NCBI GenBank assembly: GCA_000002445.1
Contig: CM000208.1
Coordinates: 3,552,001 to 3,616,000, forward strand
Origin: Trypanosoma brucei
Lineage: Eukaryota
Direction of reading: 5' to 3'
DNA length: 64,000 bases
Each line of letters begins with the position of its first letter. Position 1 is the first letter of the stretch. The position numbers and the translations under genes are program-made. Below, piece after piece: positions 30,978 to 41,865 of the stretch. Below the pieces are notes generated by a model that saw only the letters and a program-made list of their open reading frames with translations, was not told where the DNA came from and searched no databases.

Positions 30978-32276
30978 ATGTACGGTAACCAGTCTAGTGG
31001 TGGACCGGAAACCCCACCGTTAGTGTGGAATGTCGCAAAGGTGCTGCAAGACGGTTTCAACAACCACCGCAGTTCCCTGCCGCAACTTCTCGGGATTGCG
31101 CACAATCTAGAGGAGACCTTGGAAAATACAAGACTAATGTACAACAAGGCCGTGAAGGAGCGTGATGAACTGCGCAACAAACTTGTCGCCGCACAAAATA
31201 GTATCGTCGCGGTGAAACGAGTCGTTGAACAATACGCCACTGTCAATGAGCCGGTTGTGGCTTCAGATGGCTTCACATACGAGAGTGAACTCATCCGTGA
31301 TTACCTGCGGGAATGTGCCAGTTCTCAGACCAAGGCATACTCGCAATTAACAAAGGAGGAACTGCTAGATGTACTGGTCCCCAACCAAACGTTGAGCCGG
31401 CTTGTAAAAATGCTTCAACAAGTTTGCCCCATGGATGTGCCACCGGTTTCTGTGCGCACTCCGATACCACCCTTCAAACCGCTTCAGCAAGGTGAAGTGG
31501 GAAGCAAGGGGGTGGGGAGTAACCTCAACTGGGCCGGTGACGAGCGTGGACCCGGTACATCAGCCATACAGGCATCAGATGTGGAAACAGCGATGGTAAG
31601 TGCAGCTACCACCCCGGGAGTTAGCGGTGTGCACAGTTCCAATGCACAGGCAGTTACCAGCAACCCCAACGGTGCTACCGCACGGCGGTGGGAAAACCGG
31701 CAGGCACAACAACCGCAGGTTTCTGGATTTACCGGGAAGAATTCCAACAGGAAACATCCTTGCCTTCGAGTGTATGGTCGATGCAACTTCTTGGAGGACT
31801 GTGCCTTCGCTAATTACCCGTATGGAGCGTGCCTCAACTACATTAAGGGTAAGTGCCGCTTTGGACAACACTGCAAGGAGCTTCATGTCAGCTCTGCTTA
31901 TCCTCGCTACGGTGACCAGCGTGGGGGCGGGGGCATTAATAGCGGCAACAACACCGCTAACAATTCCACCGCAAATGCCGATATTGCCACACCCACTGCA
32001 ACAGGAAGAGGAGGTTCCGGAGCAAATCCCACTACAACTCCTCGTTCGGAGGAGAAGGGCCAGTCCACCAGCACCAAGGCGAAGAAAGGTGCGAGAGAGT
32101 CCAGCAAATGTAGCAGTGTAAAGACGGATGCGTGTGCAGGGGGCGATGTGGAGGCGGAAGCGGTGAAGGAACTGAAGGCAGCGCCACCCGACACATCACC
32201 TCAAGAGGCGACGGGAGGCGAAAGGACGGAGCGGGAAGTAATGGAGGCTCCGGAACCTTCTGAGGGAAGTACTTAA
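30978..32276 (+). CDS. U-box plus CCCH zinc-finger protein, paralogue B (432 aa) with an extended low-complexity C-terminus.
   Basis: Same architecture as 25526..26383: YATVNEPVVASDGFTYESELIRDYLRECA...SQLTKEELLDVLVPN, and HPCLRVYGRCNFLEDCAFANYPYGACLNYIKGKCRFGQHCKELH with identical Cys/His spacing. About 50% identity in the conserved blocks. Confidence 0.7.
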   Translation: MYGNQSSGGPETPPLVWNVAKVLQDGFNNHRSSLPQLLGIAHNLEETLENTRLMYNKAVKERDELRNKLVAAQNSIVAVKRVVEQYATVNEPVVASDGFTYESELIRDYLRECASSQTKAYSQLTKEELLDVLVPNQTLSRLVKMLQQVCPMDVPPVSVRTPIPPFKPLQQGEVGSKGVGSNLNWAGDERGPGTSAIQASDVETAMVSAATTPGVSGVHSSNAQAVTSNPNGATARRWENRQAQQPQVSGFTGKNSNRKHPCLRVYGRCNFLEDCAFANYPYGACLNYIKGKCRFGQHCKELHVSSAYPRYGDQRGGGGINSGNNTANNSTANADIATPTATGRGGSGANPTTTPRSEEKGQSTSTKAKKGARESSKCSSVKTDACAGGDVEAEAVKELKAAPPDTSPQEATGGERTEREVMEAPEPSEGST

Positions 32277-34084
32277 GCTGTTGTAGCGAAAAGCTGGTCA
32301 CGTATAGGCGAGTGCCGGGAGACGGAGAGCTGGCCCGGGGGGGGGGGGAGGAAGGAAGGAGGGCGAGTGGATGGTGAAAACAGAAAAAAAAATGAGTAAA
32401 ACAGGAGTAGAAAAGGAAAAAAAAAAGAGAGTAGGGCGAGCTGGTGGTATAGTGGATTTAAGAGAGAGAGGGAGAAAAAAAAATTAAACAGCTAACTCAA
32501 TTCGACGAGTCTTGAGACAAGGAGGGTAAAAAGAGTTTTTTACTGCGAGATTTGAAATGGACCGCAGAAGGTATTTGAGGGGATTTTTATCGAAAAAAAA
32601 AGGTAAGAGGGAGAAAGTTTTTGTTTTACGTGATAGTGAGGAACCGATCGAGCGGAGCGAAGGGGAGCCCTCACGGACATGTGTATTTTTATCCCGTGCT
32701 TTATTTACTTTATTTCATCTTAAACTAAGTTTGACGACGGTAAGCGGACGAACCCGAAGGAGGAGGGTGCAAAAGAAGGAAACACTTAACTTTTCAAGTG
32801 AAAAAGAAAAGGATTATAAAGCGGTGTGCACATGCCAATCCGCCAAATTGATTAAACCGAACTGGATCGGGGGAAAAAGAAAGGAAGAAAAAAGAGAGAA
32901 TGAGCAGTTGTGTTGATCCAAAGATATGGTGCGAAGGGGCAGATATGTTGGAGAAAACATGTTGAGGATCTTGTGGTTATTTTTTTCTTTGTGTTATATC
33001 CAGCACAACTGCATCCCTACATCCCATGCGCTTTCATTTTTATATGTCTTTCTCTTTCTCTTTCTCTCTCTTTCCTTTCATCTTTCTACCCACCCACTCA
33101 AGCCCCTGCTATATGCAGTCGGCAAGTTGCCAGAGAAAATTGTGGAGAGGGCGGGGGAGAGGCAGTTTTTGTTTTTTTTGTTTTTCACTTCATTTCATTT
33201 CATCTCTTTGTTGTTGTTGTTGTTGTCCTGTACTCTTTCCTCTTTCCCTCTCCCTCCATTCTTTTTTTTTTCTCGTGTGGGCGCGATTTTGTTTTTGTTT
33301 TTCTTTTTGTCTCGGTTTGTTTTGCCAACCCTTCCGCACTTTTCTCCTTCCCCTTCTTCTCAGTTTATCTCTTTGTGCGTATGTGTGTTTGCAAGGGGGA
33401 GATGTGAAGGGGGAAGTGGGAATTACTTTTTAAAAAAAATGTGGCGAGTATACATCTCACCTTAACACGTATAAATGTGCGTAGGGACGGACGCACGCAT
33501 ATTTTACTCCAGAATTGAAGTCCCAACAGTATTTCGTAGAAGGTCAAAAAAAATGAGAGGCAGATACATAAATATATATATATAATAACGGCTGAAAAAA
33601 AAAGGTTAAAATGAGACAAATAAAATGAAGCGACAGATAAAGGGGAAATAAGAAATCGAGGAAAACAATGATTAGGTAGGAATCTCGTTGTACTTATACA
33701 TACTTACATATGCTCAGCGTACTCGTGAAGTATAATGCACAAGAGTGTAAGAGTTATTCTACTCACCATTGCAGCACGGATTGCTCCAACACCATGCATT
33801 TGGTGTCTTTTTCCACACTTTTTCAATTTCTGCTGTTTTACTTTCCTTTCCTTTTCACCCCCTTCTTCATTTCTGAATTTTATTTTTCCCTTTCTTACTC
33901 TTGTCAGTTCAACAACAACAAGAACAACAACAAAAAACGATTATCGACAGCCCCCCTCGGTTCCTTTATATCTATACATATATATACCTATATATATATT
34001 TGTATAAATATATATACCATTTTCGTTTCAATTTGCTACTGTTGTTGTTGGCAGTAGCGTAGATGGGATGTGGGTAATGTGAAA

Positions 34085-34178
34085 CATATACGTATATATA
34101 TATATATATATATGTTTGTATATATATATACACATATACACATATACATATATAAATATGTATATGCATATGCATATG
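34085..34178. repeat. TA-rich (TA)n/(TATACA)n microsatellite cluster. Another lies at 33961-34013.
   Basis: catatatacgtatatatatatatatatatatgtttgtatatatatatacacatatacacatatacatatataaatatgtatatgcatatgcatatg. Confidence 0.85.
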
Positions 34179-34828
34179 TTTACCACAAGCGTCTATTGCA
34201 TGCGACTGTCTGGTTGCTCTCCTTGTGCCGTCGCTCTCCTGCAAACGCGTACCAAGGGAAAAATTAAACCAGTAAACCCCTTTCATGTACGCGTTTGCGT
34301 AGGCAAGAAAGGATAGTATTAGGGCGGTTTTCTCTCTCTCTCTCTCTTGCTTTTGATATATATATAGATATATATATGTACGTGCATGTGCCGTTCACAT
34401 ATAGCTCTCTGTGCTACCTGTTCAAGTCACTCCTGCTTTTTCCCTTCTTCTTCTTCTTCTTAACTTTCGTGATTTCCCCCCCCCCTAGTGTGTGGTTGTT
34501 CCGACCGGGCGCGCCCTAGTAAACTACTGTCTTTATGTTGGCATTTGGGTCGGGAAGGAGGGTAGAGTCGTTGCACTGAAATCACTACATCAATGACAGA
34601 CGCGTACTGTGCGCTGTTTATTTACATTATTATTATTATTTTTTGTGGGATGTAGGCAACATTTAGCAGGAGTACAACCAGGGAGAATAGGGGTTATTTA
34701 TAAGTTAGAGGTCTGTGGTATTGATGGAACAGTCAGCACTGCCCGTCACGGAAAAGTGTTTGTGTGTGTTAATAAAGTGTCGTGTAATTTTGGGAGATGA
34801 GCAGTGCGGTTCTCACGTTGCTGTGATA

Positions 34829-34850
34829 CAACAACAACAACAACAACAAC
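34829..34850. repeat. (ACA)n/(CAA)7 trinucleotide repeat. A similar (AAC)n lies at 25372-25394.
   Basis: acaacaacaacaacaacaacaac. Confidence 0.9.
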
Positions 34851-35350
34851 TATCGTTTCCCCTCTCCCCTCTCTCTCTGTATGTGCGCGACCATGCACTA
34901 ACTGAAGCAGTGTTCGGTGCCTATGAATTGTGCGTTGCGTCTTCCATTTGTTTTGGTCTTGCACATTTTGTCATGTGGATAGCGAGTTGTGTAATGGCAT
35001 TTCTTTTTCTTTCTTTTTTCTCTCTCTCTCTCTCTCTGTCTCTGTCTTTATCGTACTTTTCTTTCATAGGCGTTGGGTGCCGTGTGATTGATCTTTATTT
35101 ACTTTCAGTGTCCAATTTTTTGACCATTGTTTTCTTTTCGTCACTACTCTTTACTTACCCCCCTTTACTAATTTTTGCATTGTCACTAAGGGAGAAAAGG
35201 AGGAGCAAAACAAAAACAAAAGGAAAAGCCACTGAGAATAGGAGGTAATAATATATAACAGAGAGGAAGAACGGTTGAGGAGCAATTCTTGAAGGTTATC
35301 CGTACACTCACAAGCTTCAGCGTATCATAGATTAGGGTGTTTATACACAT

Positions 35351-35411
35351 ATTTTTGTTGCTGCCGTTGACTGTTTCTTTATTTGCATTTAATTAAATCT
35401 CAAACAAAAAG
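35351..35411 (+). promoter_or_regulatory. Polypyrimidine tract plus AG: candidate trans-splice acceptor for IFT52.
   Basis: atttttgttgctgccgttgactgtttctttatttgcatttaattaaatctcaaacaaaaAG lies upstream of ATG 35443. Confidence 0.45.
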
Positions 35412-35442
35412 AAAAAAATCGTACACTCACAACTACTTTGCC

Positions 35443-37410
35443 ATGACGGATGCCCCAAGGGTCACTATTGCGGCCGATGGCGAGGAAACGTCGAATGGTC
35501 CAACGGCGGGTGCCGGGTTGAGGGAGCATCCACCAAAGATACTCTTCAACGTTTGCAGAAGGGAGTTATTTCACCCAAACAAGGGGTACAAGCAGTTGAC
35601 GCGGCGGCTCCGGCAGTTTTGTACGGTAGATGTTAACAAGGAGGATATCAGCATGGATCGTCTCGCGCCGTATGATATTGTTGTCTTCGGCTCACCCCAA
35701 GAGAGGTTGAGTACGGAGGATCTTTCGGTTATTCGGGAATACGTTCAGCAGGGCGGTTCTGTTATTATGCTCTTCGGAGATGGCCACGGGGGCCGCTACT
35801 CATACCTCAACGGCACGTTGGAGGAGTGGACTGGTATTACACTCAATGAGGATTGCGTGGTTCGTACGGTCATGAACAAGTACCTTCACCCTAAGGAGGT
35901 TTGTGTTGTCAATGGTATAACAAACCGGGCTATCAACAAAGCGGCAGGTAAAAATGTTCCTGGAGTCACCGGCTACCAGGGCTACCGCACGGGTTTTGCC
36001 ATGGGCGGCACCGCCCCGTTTGGAAACCGCGGCGCCCCAACGACGCTCAACCGCACTGCTACGGCTGGTGCTCTCGGCAACGCGGCAACGACGGTCGCAG
36101 CAATGGCTATGCAGCAACAACTAGTGGACGAGGCTGCAGCGGAGGCTCCAACTAACTTAACTTTTGTCTACCCGCACGGTTTGAGTTTCAATGTCAACCG
36201 TTCCGCAGTGCCAATTCTTAGCAGTGGTTTCATGGCGTACCCACTTAACCGTCCCATTGCCGTTGTATGGGAAAATAGTGATGAGGCGGAGCACAATGGG
36301 CGAAGGAAGCGAGGCAAACTGCTCCTCGTTGGTACCGGTCTCCTTCTTGAGGACTCTTGGCTTGGAAAAGAAGAAAATGAGCTGTTATCTACTGTTCTCT
36401 TTGACTATATGAACCATCATATTAAATTAAACCAAATCGATGCTGATGAGCCCGATATAACGGACTACCATCACGTACCTGATATTGCATCCCTTTCGGA
36501 GCGGCTGCGTGTTGCTGTCGAGCAGCAGGAGGAACTCCCACGTGATTTCACTAAATTATTCCAAATCGAGACATTTAAACTTGATACAGATATGATTCCA
36601 GAGGTTGTTGAGGCGTATGAGAAACTTAACGTGAAGCAGGAGCCTCTGACACTTATCCCCCCGGAATTCTTAACACCTTTGCCACCCGTCAAACCTGCTG
36701 TCTTTGAACCAACACATCGCGACCCTATGCAGCCGGCTTTGGATCTTTTCGACCTGGACGAAGAGTTTGCCCCTGATAAAGTGCGGTTGAGCCAGTTGAC
36801 CAACAAATGTAAGGCAGAGGATGTTCACTTTTACATTCTTCAGGCGTCGGAGATCCTTGGTGTCACGAAGAAATTACGGAGTCCACGAAACCGCGACCCT
36901 CGTGCACTTTTAGACCACGTGTTCCGTCATGTGATGCAGTATAAGATGAGTACAGCAGGCCCGAGGAATTCATCAGCCAGTGGGTTAGATGGGATGAACG
37001 CGGATACGAATGCTGCGGCTGCGGCTGCGGCTGGAAGTATGATGAGAGTCATTCGGGTGCTAACCAATGAGAATGGAAATAAGGATGCAACACCCTTCGA
37101 TAACAACGTCCCGTGGATGCTGGAAATCCGGGCGGACTTTGGTAGCGGTGACATTACAGGAAAACTGACACTACAGGAGTCGTCCGACCAATTCCCCGCC
37201 CAGGAAGCCCTCCTTGAAGGAACCATCAGGCCCCCTGGTGAGAGGGAATACCCAATGGAGTACGGCACGGCGCTGCGTGGTGCGGCGGGTGAGCAGGTAT
37301 TCTTTGTGTTCCTTGCTATACTTCAGGGAAATTCACTGCGCGGTGTATGTGAAGTAGCAGGAGGTGTTAACAATTCGCGCCATTTCGTCTATGAAATTGA
37401 GGAGCTTTGA
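35443..37410 (+). CDS. IFT52: Intraflagellar transport protein 52 (IFT-B core, GIFT domain).
   Basis: KILFNVCRRELFHPNKGYKQLTRRLRQ...VVFGSPQERLSTEDLSVIREYVQQGGSVIMLFGDGHGG...NEDCVVRTVMNKYLHPKEVCVVNGITNRAINKAAGK...LTFVYPHGLSFNV...YPLNRPIAVVWE...GKLLLVGTGLLLEDSWLGKEENELLSTVLFDYM...IKLNQIDADEPDITDYHHVPD...LNVKQEPLTLIPPEF...PAVFEP is collinear with human IFT52 throughout. The ORF-track start at 35383 is TTG. The first ATG is 35443 (MTDAPRV). Confidence 0.85.
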   Translation: MTDAPRVTIAADGEETSNGPTAGAGLREHPPKILFNVCRRELFHPNKGYKQLTRRLRQFCTVDVNKEDISMDRLAPYDIVVFGSPQERLSTEDLSVIREYVQQGGSVIMLFGDGHGGRYSYLNGTLEEWTGITLNEDCVVRTVMNKYLHPKEVCVVNGITNRAINKAAGKNVPGVTGYQGYRTGFAMGGTAPFGNRGAPTTLNRTATAGALGNAATTVAAMAMQQQLVDEAAAEAPTNLTFVYPHGLSFNVNRSAVPILSSGFMAYPLNRPIAVVWENSDEAEHNGRRKRGKLLLVGTGLLLEDSWLGKEENELLSTVLFDYMNHHIKLNQIDADEPDITDYHHVPDIASLSERLRVAVEQQEELPRDFTKLFQIETFKLDTDMIPEVVEAYEKLNVKQEPLTLIPPEFLTPLPPVKPAVFEPTHRDPMQPALDLFDLDEEFAPDKVRLSQLTNKCKAEDVHFYILQASEILGVTKKLRSPRNRDPRALLDHVFRHVMQYKMSTAGPRNSSASGLDGMNADTNAAAAAAAGSMMRVIRVLTNENGNKDATPFDNNVPWMLEIRADFGSGDITGKLTLQESSDQFPAQEALLEGTIRPPGEREYPMEYGTALRGAAGEQVFFVFLAILQGNSLRGVCEVAGGVNNSRHFVYEIEEL

Positions 37411-39448
37411 GGTGGAGAGCTCTACTGGTGGAAACAGGAGGCAAAGGTGGGATAGATGAGTACTACTGAAGAATGGAAGGGATAAGAAAGGTGGGTGAAT
37501 ATAGATGGTTTGGGTGTGGAGGGCACAAAAAAAAAGAAAAAAAAGAGGAATACGGAGGGCCATGAGAAAAAAAAAAGAGGAAGTGTGGGTGTGAGCGGGT
37601 GGGATGGGAAAAGTGAAGGAATAAGGGTGATCACTTGTGTTCGTTGCTTTTGTGTGGAGGTTATGTTCGGAACCTGAAGAGGGGGGTTAGCTCCCTTCCT
37701 TCCCTCGTGATTTAGTATATTTTTACTGGGTTACGGTTCAAGTTAATGCAGTGCCTCCAGTTAGGGCATGGACCGCACAACCGGAACTGTTGACTTGTAA
37801 CTTCTGATATGGTAAGTTTTGTCTGCATACATTTTCTAACCACCTGTTGAGCGTGGGCAAACTTCAGCTTGTGTTCGTGTGTGTTCCTTTGATTGAGTTG
37901 TTGCCGCTCATAGTGGAGTGCGTCACTGGATTTGTTTTGCGTTGTTATCTTCCCCTTATTTCCACTACATATTGGTAGCTGCAACTCTTTTTTGGCTCAG
38001 CGCACATCGTTATCACTCGTCGGCGCCGTGAGTTCAGTGAGTATGCCACTTCTGTGCGTCTCTATACGCGAGTCCCCGTTATTTATTTATTTCAGCCCCT
38101 TTCTTATCTTTAGAGTTTTGAGAATACCCGACCGTTTCCTTTTTATTTTTCCTTTACCCCCTCCCCCTTCCCTCCGAGTGTTCGGAATATGTTTAACTTT
38201 ATATCTAATTTACTGCTTTTTCGTTTTTTCTCCCCTCCTCTTCCCCCTTCTATCAACACGGCGCCGATGCCACATGGAGCAGACTGGAAGAAATGAAACA
38301 GGGGAGGAGGTGAAAGCGAAGAAAGGGAATATGGCAACGGCCCGTATAGTTGTGTCTTTTCGTTCAGTATATATTTATATATATTCTCGTGCTTACAAGC
38401 AAAACAACGACAGAGATCAAAGAGGACCCGAATTGTGTGAAAATAGCAAAAACACAACAACAACAACAACAATAACAATCACAAGAAGGGGGGAAAGAAA
38501 AAGAAGACAAAGGTAATGCGGGGTGAGGAGGGGGAGAGAAAGGAAGGGGAAGAGGAATGGGTGTTGACTTTGGGCTGAGTGCAGGATATACAGTTGGCTT
38601 AAGCCGCTAGCTGCTTATATGATCGCTTCGCTTTTCTTTGGTTTTTGTGTGTCGTGTTTTGCTCTGTCCTCGGTGAGTGCCAATTAGACGTAGCAGCATG
38701 CCTTTCTCTTTGCAAACGGGTGTGCGTAGGTGTTTGTGTATGTGTGTTTGTCCGCAATGCTGTGGAATTGCAGAGTTTTGCGGGTGCTTCGGTGACGGAG
38801 AAAAAAAAAAAGATGTTTTCAGCTTCCTCCCCTCTTTTCCAACTGTGCACGTGTTGCCGCGTTGCCTCCGTGCGGGGAGGCACACCCAAGCGCGTATGTG
38901 CACTGCAACACTTATGTGACTGTTTGAAATTCCATACATGTTTTGCATGTTCTGCCACCATTAAAAAACTCTTTTTTCTTTATTGTAATATAATGCTGTT
39001 ATTATGCATGCTAACTTTTCCTTTTTACCTTTCCCCGCTTTTGCTTTGCCACGCCTCTAATATGTAAATGTACCGGTGAAGTGTCGTCAAGAGTGGAGCA
39101 ACAAAGACAAAAGGAAAGAAGAGTTAGAAGGAACACTACTAACAAATAAAGAAGTCGTCAATTTGGTTACCAGCTCCTGGGTGCTTTTGGTGGTTTGCGT
39201 GTGTACGTTTTAGGTGTTTCACTACTGCCACTAGAGGTGACGGGATAATATTTTATATTCGGAAGAAGAAAAAAAAAAGAGGGCTTTTGCTCTGCGGGTG
39301 CACTGAGTGAAGTTGAAGGCAAAGGAAGAATTTCACTCACTGTGTGAAGGTTTCGGCACGTGATCGTTTAGTATAGAGAATCGCAGTGGTGTGGGCGAGC
39401 AGTCGTGCCCTGAGAGACGAGTAGGGTTCGCCAGTGAGAATTTTCTAC

Positions 39449-39472
39449 ATATATATATATATATATATATAT
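39449..39472. repeat. (AT)12 microsatellite about 45 nt upstream of the IFT80 start.
   Basis: atatatatatatatatatatatat. Confidence 0.9.
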
Positions 39473-39513
39473 TGTTTTTACTTATATTTTGAATCCCCAT
39501 ATTTCCTTGAAAG
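39473..39513 (+). promoter_or_regulatory. Polypyrimidine tract plus AG: candidate trans-splice acceptor for IFT80.
   Basis: ttgtttttacttatattttgaatccccatatttccttgaaAG lies 3 nt before ATG 39517. Confidence 0.5.
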
Positions 39514-39516
39514 CAC

Positions 39517-41865
39517 ATGCGGTTGAATATTACGATTCCCAATGAGCACCACGATGATGCCTGCACTTGCGTTGCGGTGTCGTTGACGGGCGATGTGCTA
39601 AGCGCAGGTGATGATTTCGTCTTACGGCGCTGGAGCCCTAACGGGGAGCCGATGGGTAAAGTAAAGGAATTTGATAGCTGCATCACGTACATTGCGTGGG
39701 TGCCGCTACAAGGCGGACGCAAAGGTCGCAGTGCCAATACCGGATCTGTAGAGGGGAAGGGAAATTACCTTGTGGCTTGCGCTGATGGAACAATCTCATT
39801 TATGAATACGTCTTCTGACCGTGTGGAACGTACCATCGACGCGCACACTGGCACGATAACAGGTGTTGTGTACTCTGGAGATACCTCTTCTATCATTTCT
39901 TCTGGTGAGGATGGGTGTGTTAAGGTTTGGTCACAGGCTGGTATCCCTCGCACAACTCTCGTCTCGGCGGGGAGGTGTGTCTATGGCATTTGCTGGGGTT
40001 CGGAGACAACAGAGCTCGGTGGCGATTGTGTGCTTTACTGTGTTGGTAGCGAGGTGACCATCAAACCTCTCAATCCAGCGGTGAAGAAACAGTTGAAGTG
40101 GAAGGCTCACAATGGGATTGTTTTGGCCGCAGACTGGTCACTTATGACAGGGTTCATTGTCACAGGTGGCGAAGACGGGACCTACAAGGTATGGGATCCG
40201 TACGGCCGCAGTATTTACGTTTCCGCTGCAGGTGGACATCCATGTACTGCTGTGAAGTTTTCAGCTGATGGTGAAATGTTTGCGGTGGGGTCCTTTATGA
40301 ACATTCGGGTATGTGACAAGACGGGGTGGAGTCACACATATGAACGACTTTCTGAGGGAAGTGCGCTTTCACTGCAGTGGACCGCTGATGGAACGCAGGT
40401 GGTTATGGGGTGTGGGAGTGGTTCTGTGTGTACTGCCCAGCTTATAGACCGAAAGATGTACTGGAGCCACTTCTGCGTCACTTTGGTAGACGGAAATAGA
40501 CTGCTTGTTCAGGATGTACTCACAGACGCGGTCGAGGAAGTAGAACAACGTGACAAGGTCATCAAAGTAGAAGTGGGTTACGGATACCTTGTTTCATGTA
40601 CCACAACGCAATGCGCATGCTATCCTATTGACCGCCTTTCTGCACCAGTGCAATTTGATCTCCGTGATGTCGTCATTACGCTAATCCTTGGTCAGAAACA
40701 CTTGTTGCTGGCAGATTGCAACTCTGGAATGCAGATTTACTCGTATGAGGGTCGTCTCATTTGCACCCTTCGTCTCCAATCGTTCCTGAGACCAGAGATT
40801 ATGGCGCCCGATCTTGTCTCCCTTTCGCCGGACACAGTTGCAATTCGAAATCCCGCTGATCCAAGAAAAATCCTTTTCTTTGACACCACTAATGGGAAAG
40901 CGATGGAAGATGCAACCATTACTCATCATCTTGACGTCATTTCGCTGGAGTTGTCGCAGCACGGCGAACTGAGTGAGCGCAAGATTGCCTTCGTGGATCG
41001 GAACCGCGACATGCACTTTGGAGCAGTGCATCGCAAAGTTGGAGCTGCGCAAAAAATCAGCACCATGACTTCCAGTTTAGCGTGGCACGGTGAGCATGAA
41101 ATCCTCGTTGCGATTGCGGATGGACGACTCACGACGTGGTACTATCCAACCATTCTGTTTTCCGACAGGGGTCTGCTGCCCACGACAAAGACTGTGAGAG
41201 ATGATGGTGGAGACGAGTTTTCGCGGAATGATCGAATTGTTTCGTTTTCTGGCACCCGAGTAAGCATTCGACGGGGAGTGGATGGCGCCCTCTTAACATT
41301 TAACACCTCACCGTATCCCTCCTTCATTTTCGAGCACGTGGCACGACACGACTTTTCGAGCGCCACGCGCCTCGCGCGCTTCTTGGATGAGAAACCTCTA
41401 TGGGGCATTTTGGCCGGCCTCGCCCTTCGGCACGGTGACCTGAATGTGGTGGAAATTGCATATGGTGCCCTCTTTGAACTTGACAAGGTACGCTATATTC
41501 GGTACCTAAAGAGCATTCCCACACCGGAAGGTCGGCAAGCGGAACTAGCTTTGTTTCAGCGCCGCTCAGCTGAGGCGGAGCGCATTTTACTTCAGGCTGG
41601 TCTCATATACCGCTGTATTGATATGCATACCCGATTGTTCAACTGGGAGCGCGCTTTGGAAGTCGCAGCGGAGCGGAAGACTCATGTAGACACCGTGCTT
41701 GCGAGGCGGCGGAGGTATCTCGATGCTGTAAAGAGGACAGAGGATATTCCTCTCTTTAAGGAGCTCGGTGCGTCTGTCCGTGTAGATTGGGAAACGGTTG
41801 TTGAGAAGGTGAGACAGGAGGAAGAGAAGGAAGCTCAGCGGCCTGGTGCCAAGCCCTACCAGTAG
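39517..41865 (+). CDS. IFT80: Intraflagellar transport protein 80 (IFT-B, WD40 beta-propellers plus a C-terminal helical region).
   Basis: MRLNITIPNEH...SAGDDFVLRRW and TIKPLNPAVKKQLKWKAHNGIVLAADWS...GGEDGTYKVWDPYGRSIY...FSADGEMFAVGSF...IRVCDKTGWSHTY...LQWTADGTQVVMGCGSGSV match human IFT80 MRLKISLLKEP...CSDDHQIVKW / [27 protein letters not shown]...AGEDCKYKVWDSYGRPLY...WAPDGELFAVGSF...LRLCDKTGWSYAL...IAWSIDGTQIAGACGNGHV. Confidence 0.9.
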   Translation: MRLNITIPNEHHDDACTCVAVSLTGDVLSAGDDFVLRRWSPNGEPMGKVKEFDSCITYIAWVPLQGGRKGRSANTGSVEGKGNYLVACADGTISFMNTSSDRVERTIDAHTGTITGVVYSGDTSSIISSGEDGCVKVWSQAGIPRTTLVSAGRCVYGICWGSETTELGGDCVLYCVGSEVTIKPLNPAVKKQLKWKAHNGIVLAADWSLMTGFIVTGGEDGTYKVWDPYGRSIYVSAAGGHPCTAVKFSADGEMFAVGSFMNIRVCDKTGWSHTYERLSEGSALSLQWTADGTQVVMGCGSGSVCTAQLIDRKMYWSHFCVTLVDGNRLLVQDVLTDAVEEVEQRDKVIKVEVGYGYLVSCTTTQCACYPIDRLSAPVQFDLRDVVITLILGQKHLLLADCNSGMQIYSYEGRLICTLRLQSFLRPEIMAPDLVSLSPDTVAIRNPADPRKILFFDTTNGKAMEDATITHHLDVISLELSQHGELSERKIAFVDRNRDMHFGAVHRKVGAAQKISTMTSSLAWHGEHEILVAIADGRLTTWYYPTILFSDRGLLPTTKTVRDDGGDEFSRNDRIVSFSGTRVSIRRGVDGALLTFNTSPYPSFIFEHVARHDFSSATRLARFLDEKPLWGILAGLALRHGDLNVVEIAYGALFELDKVRYIRYLKSIPTPEGRQAELALFQRRSAEAERILLQAGLIYRCIDMHTRLFNWERALEVAAERKTHVDTVLARRRRYLDAVKRTEDIPLFKELGASVRVDWETVVEKVRQEEEKEAQRPGAKPYQ

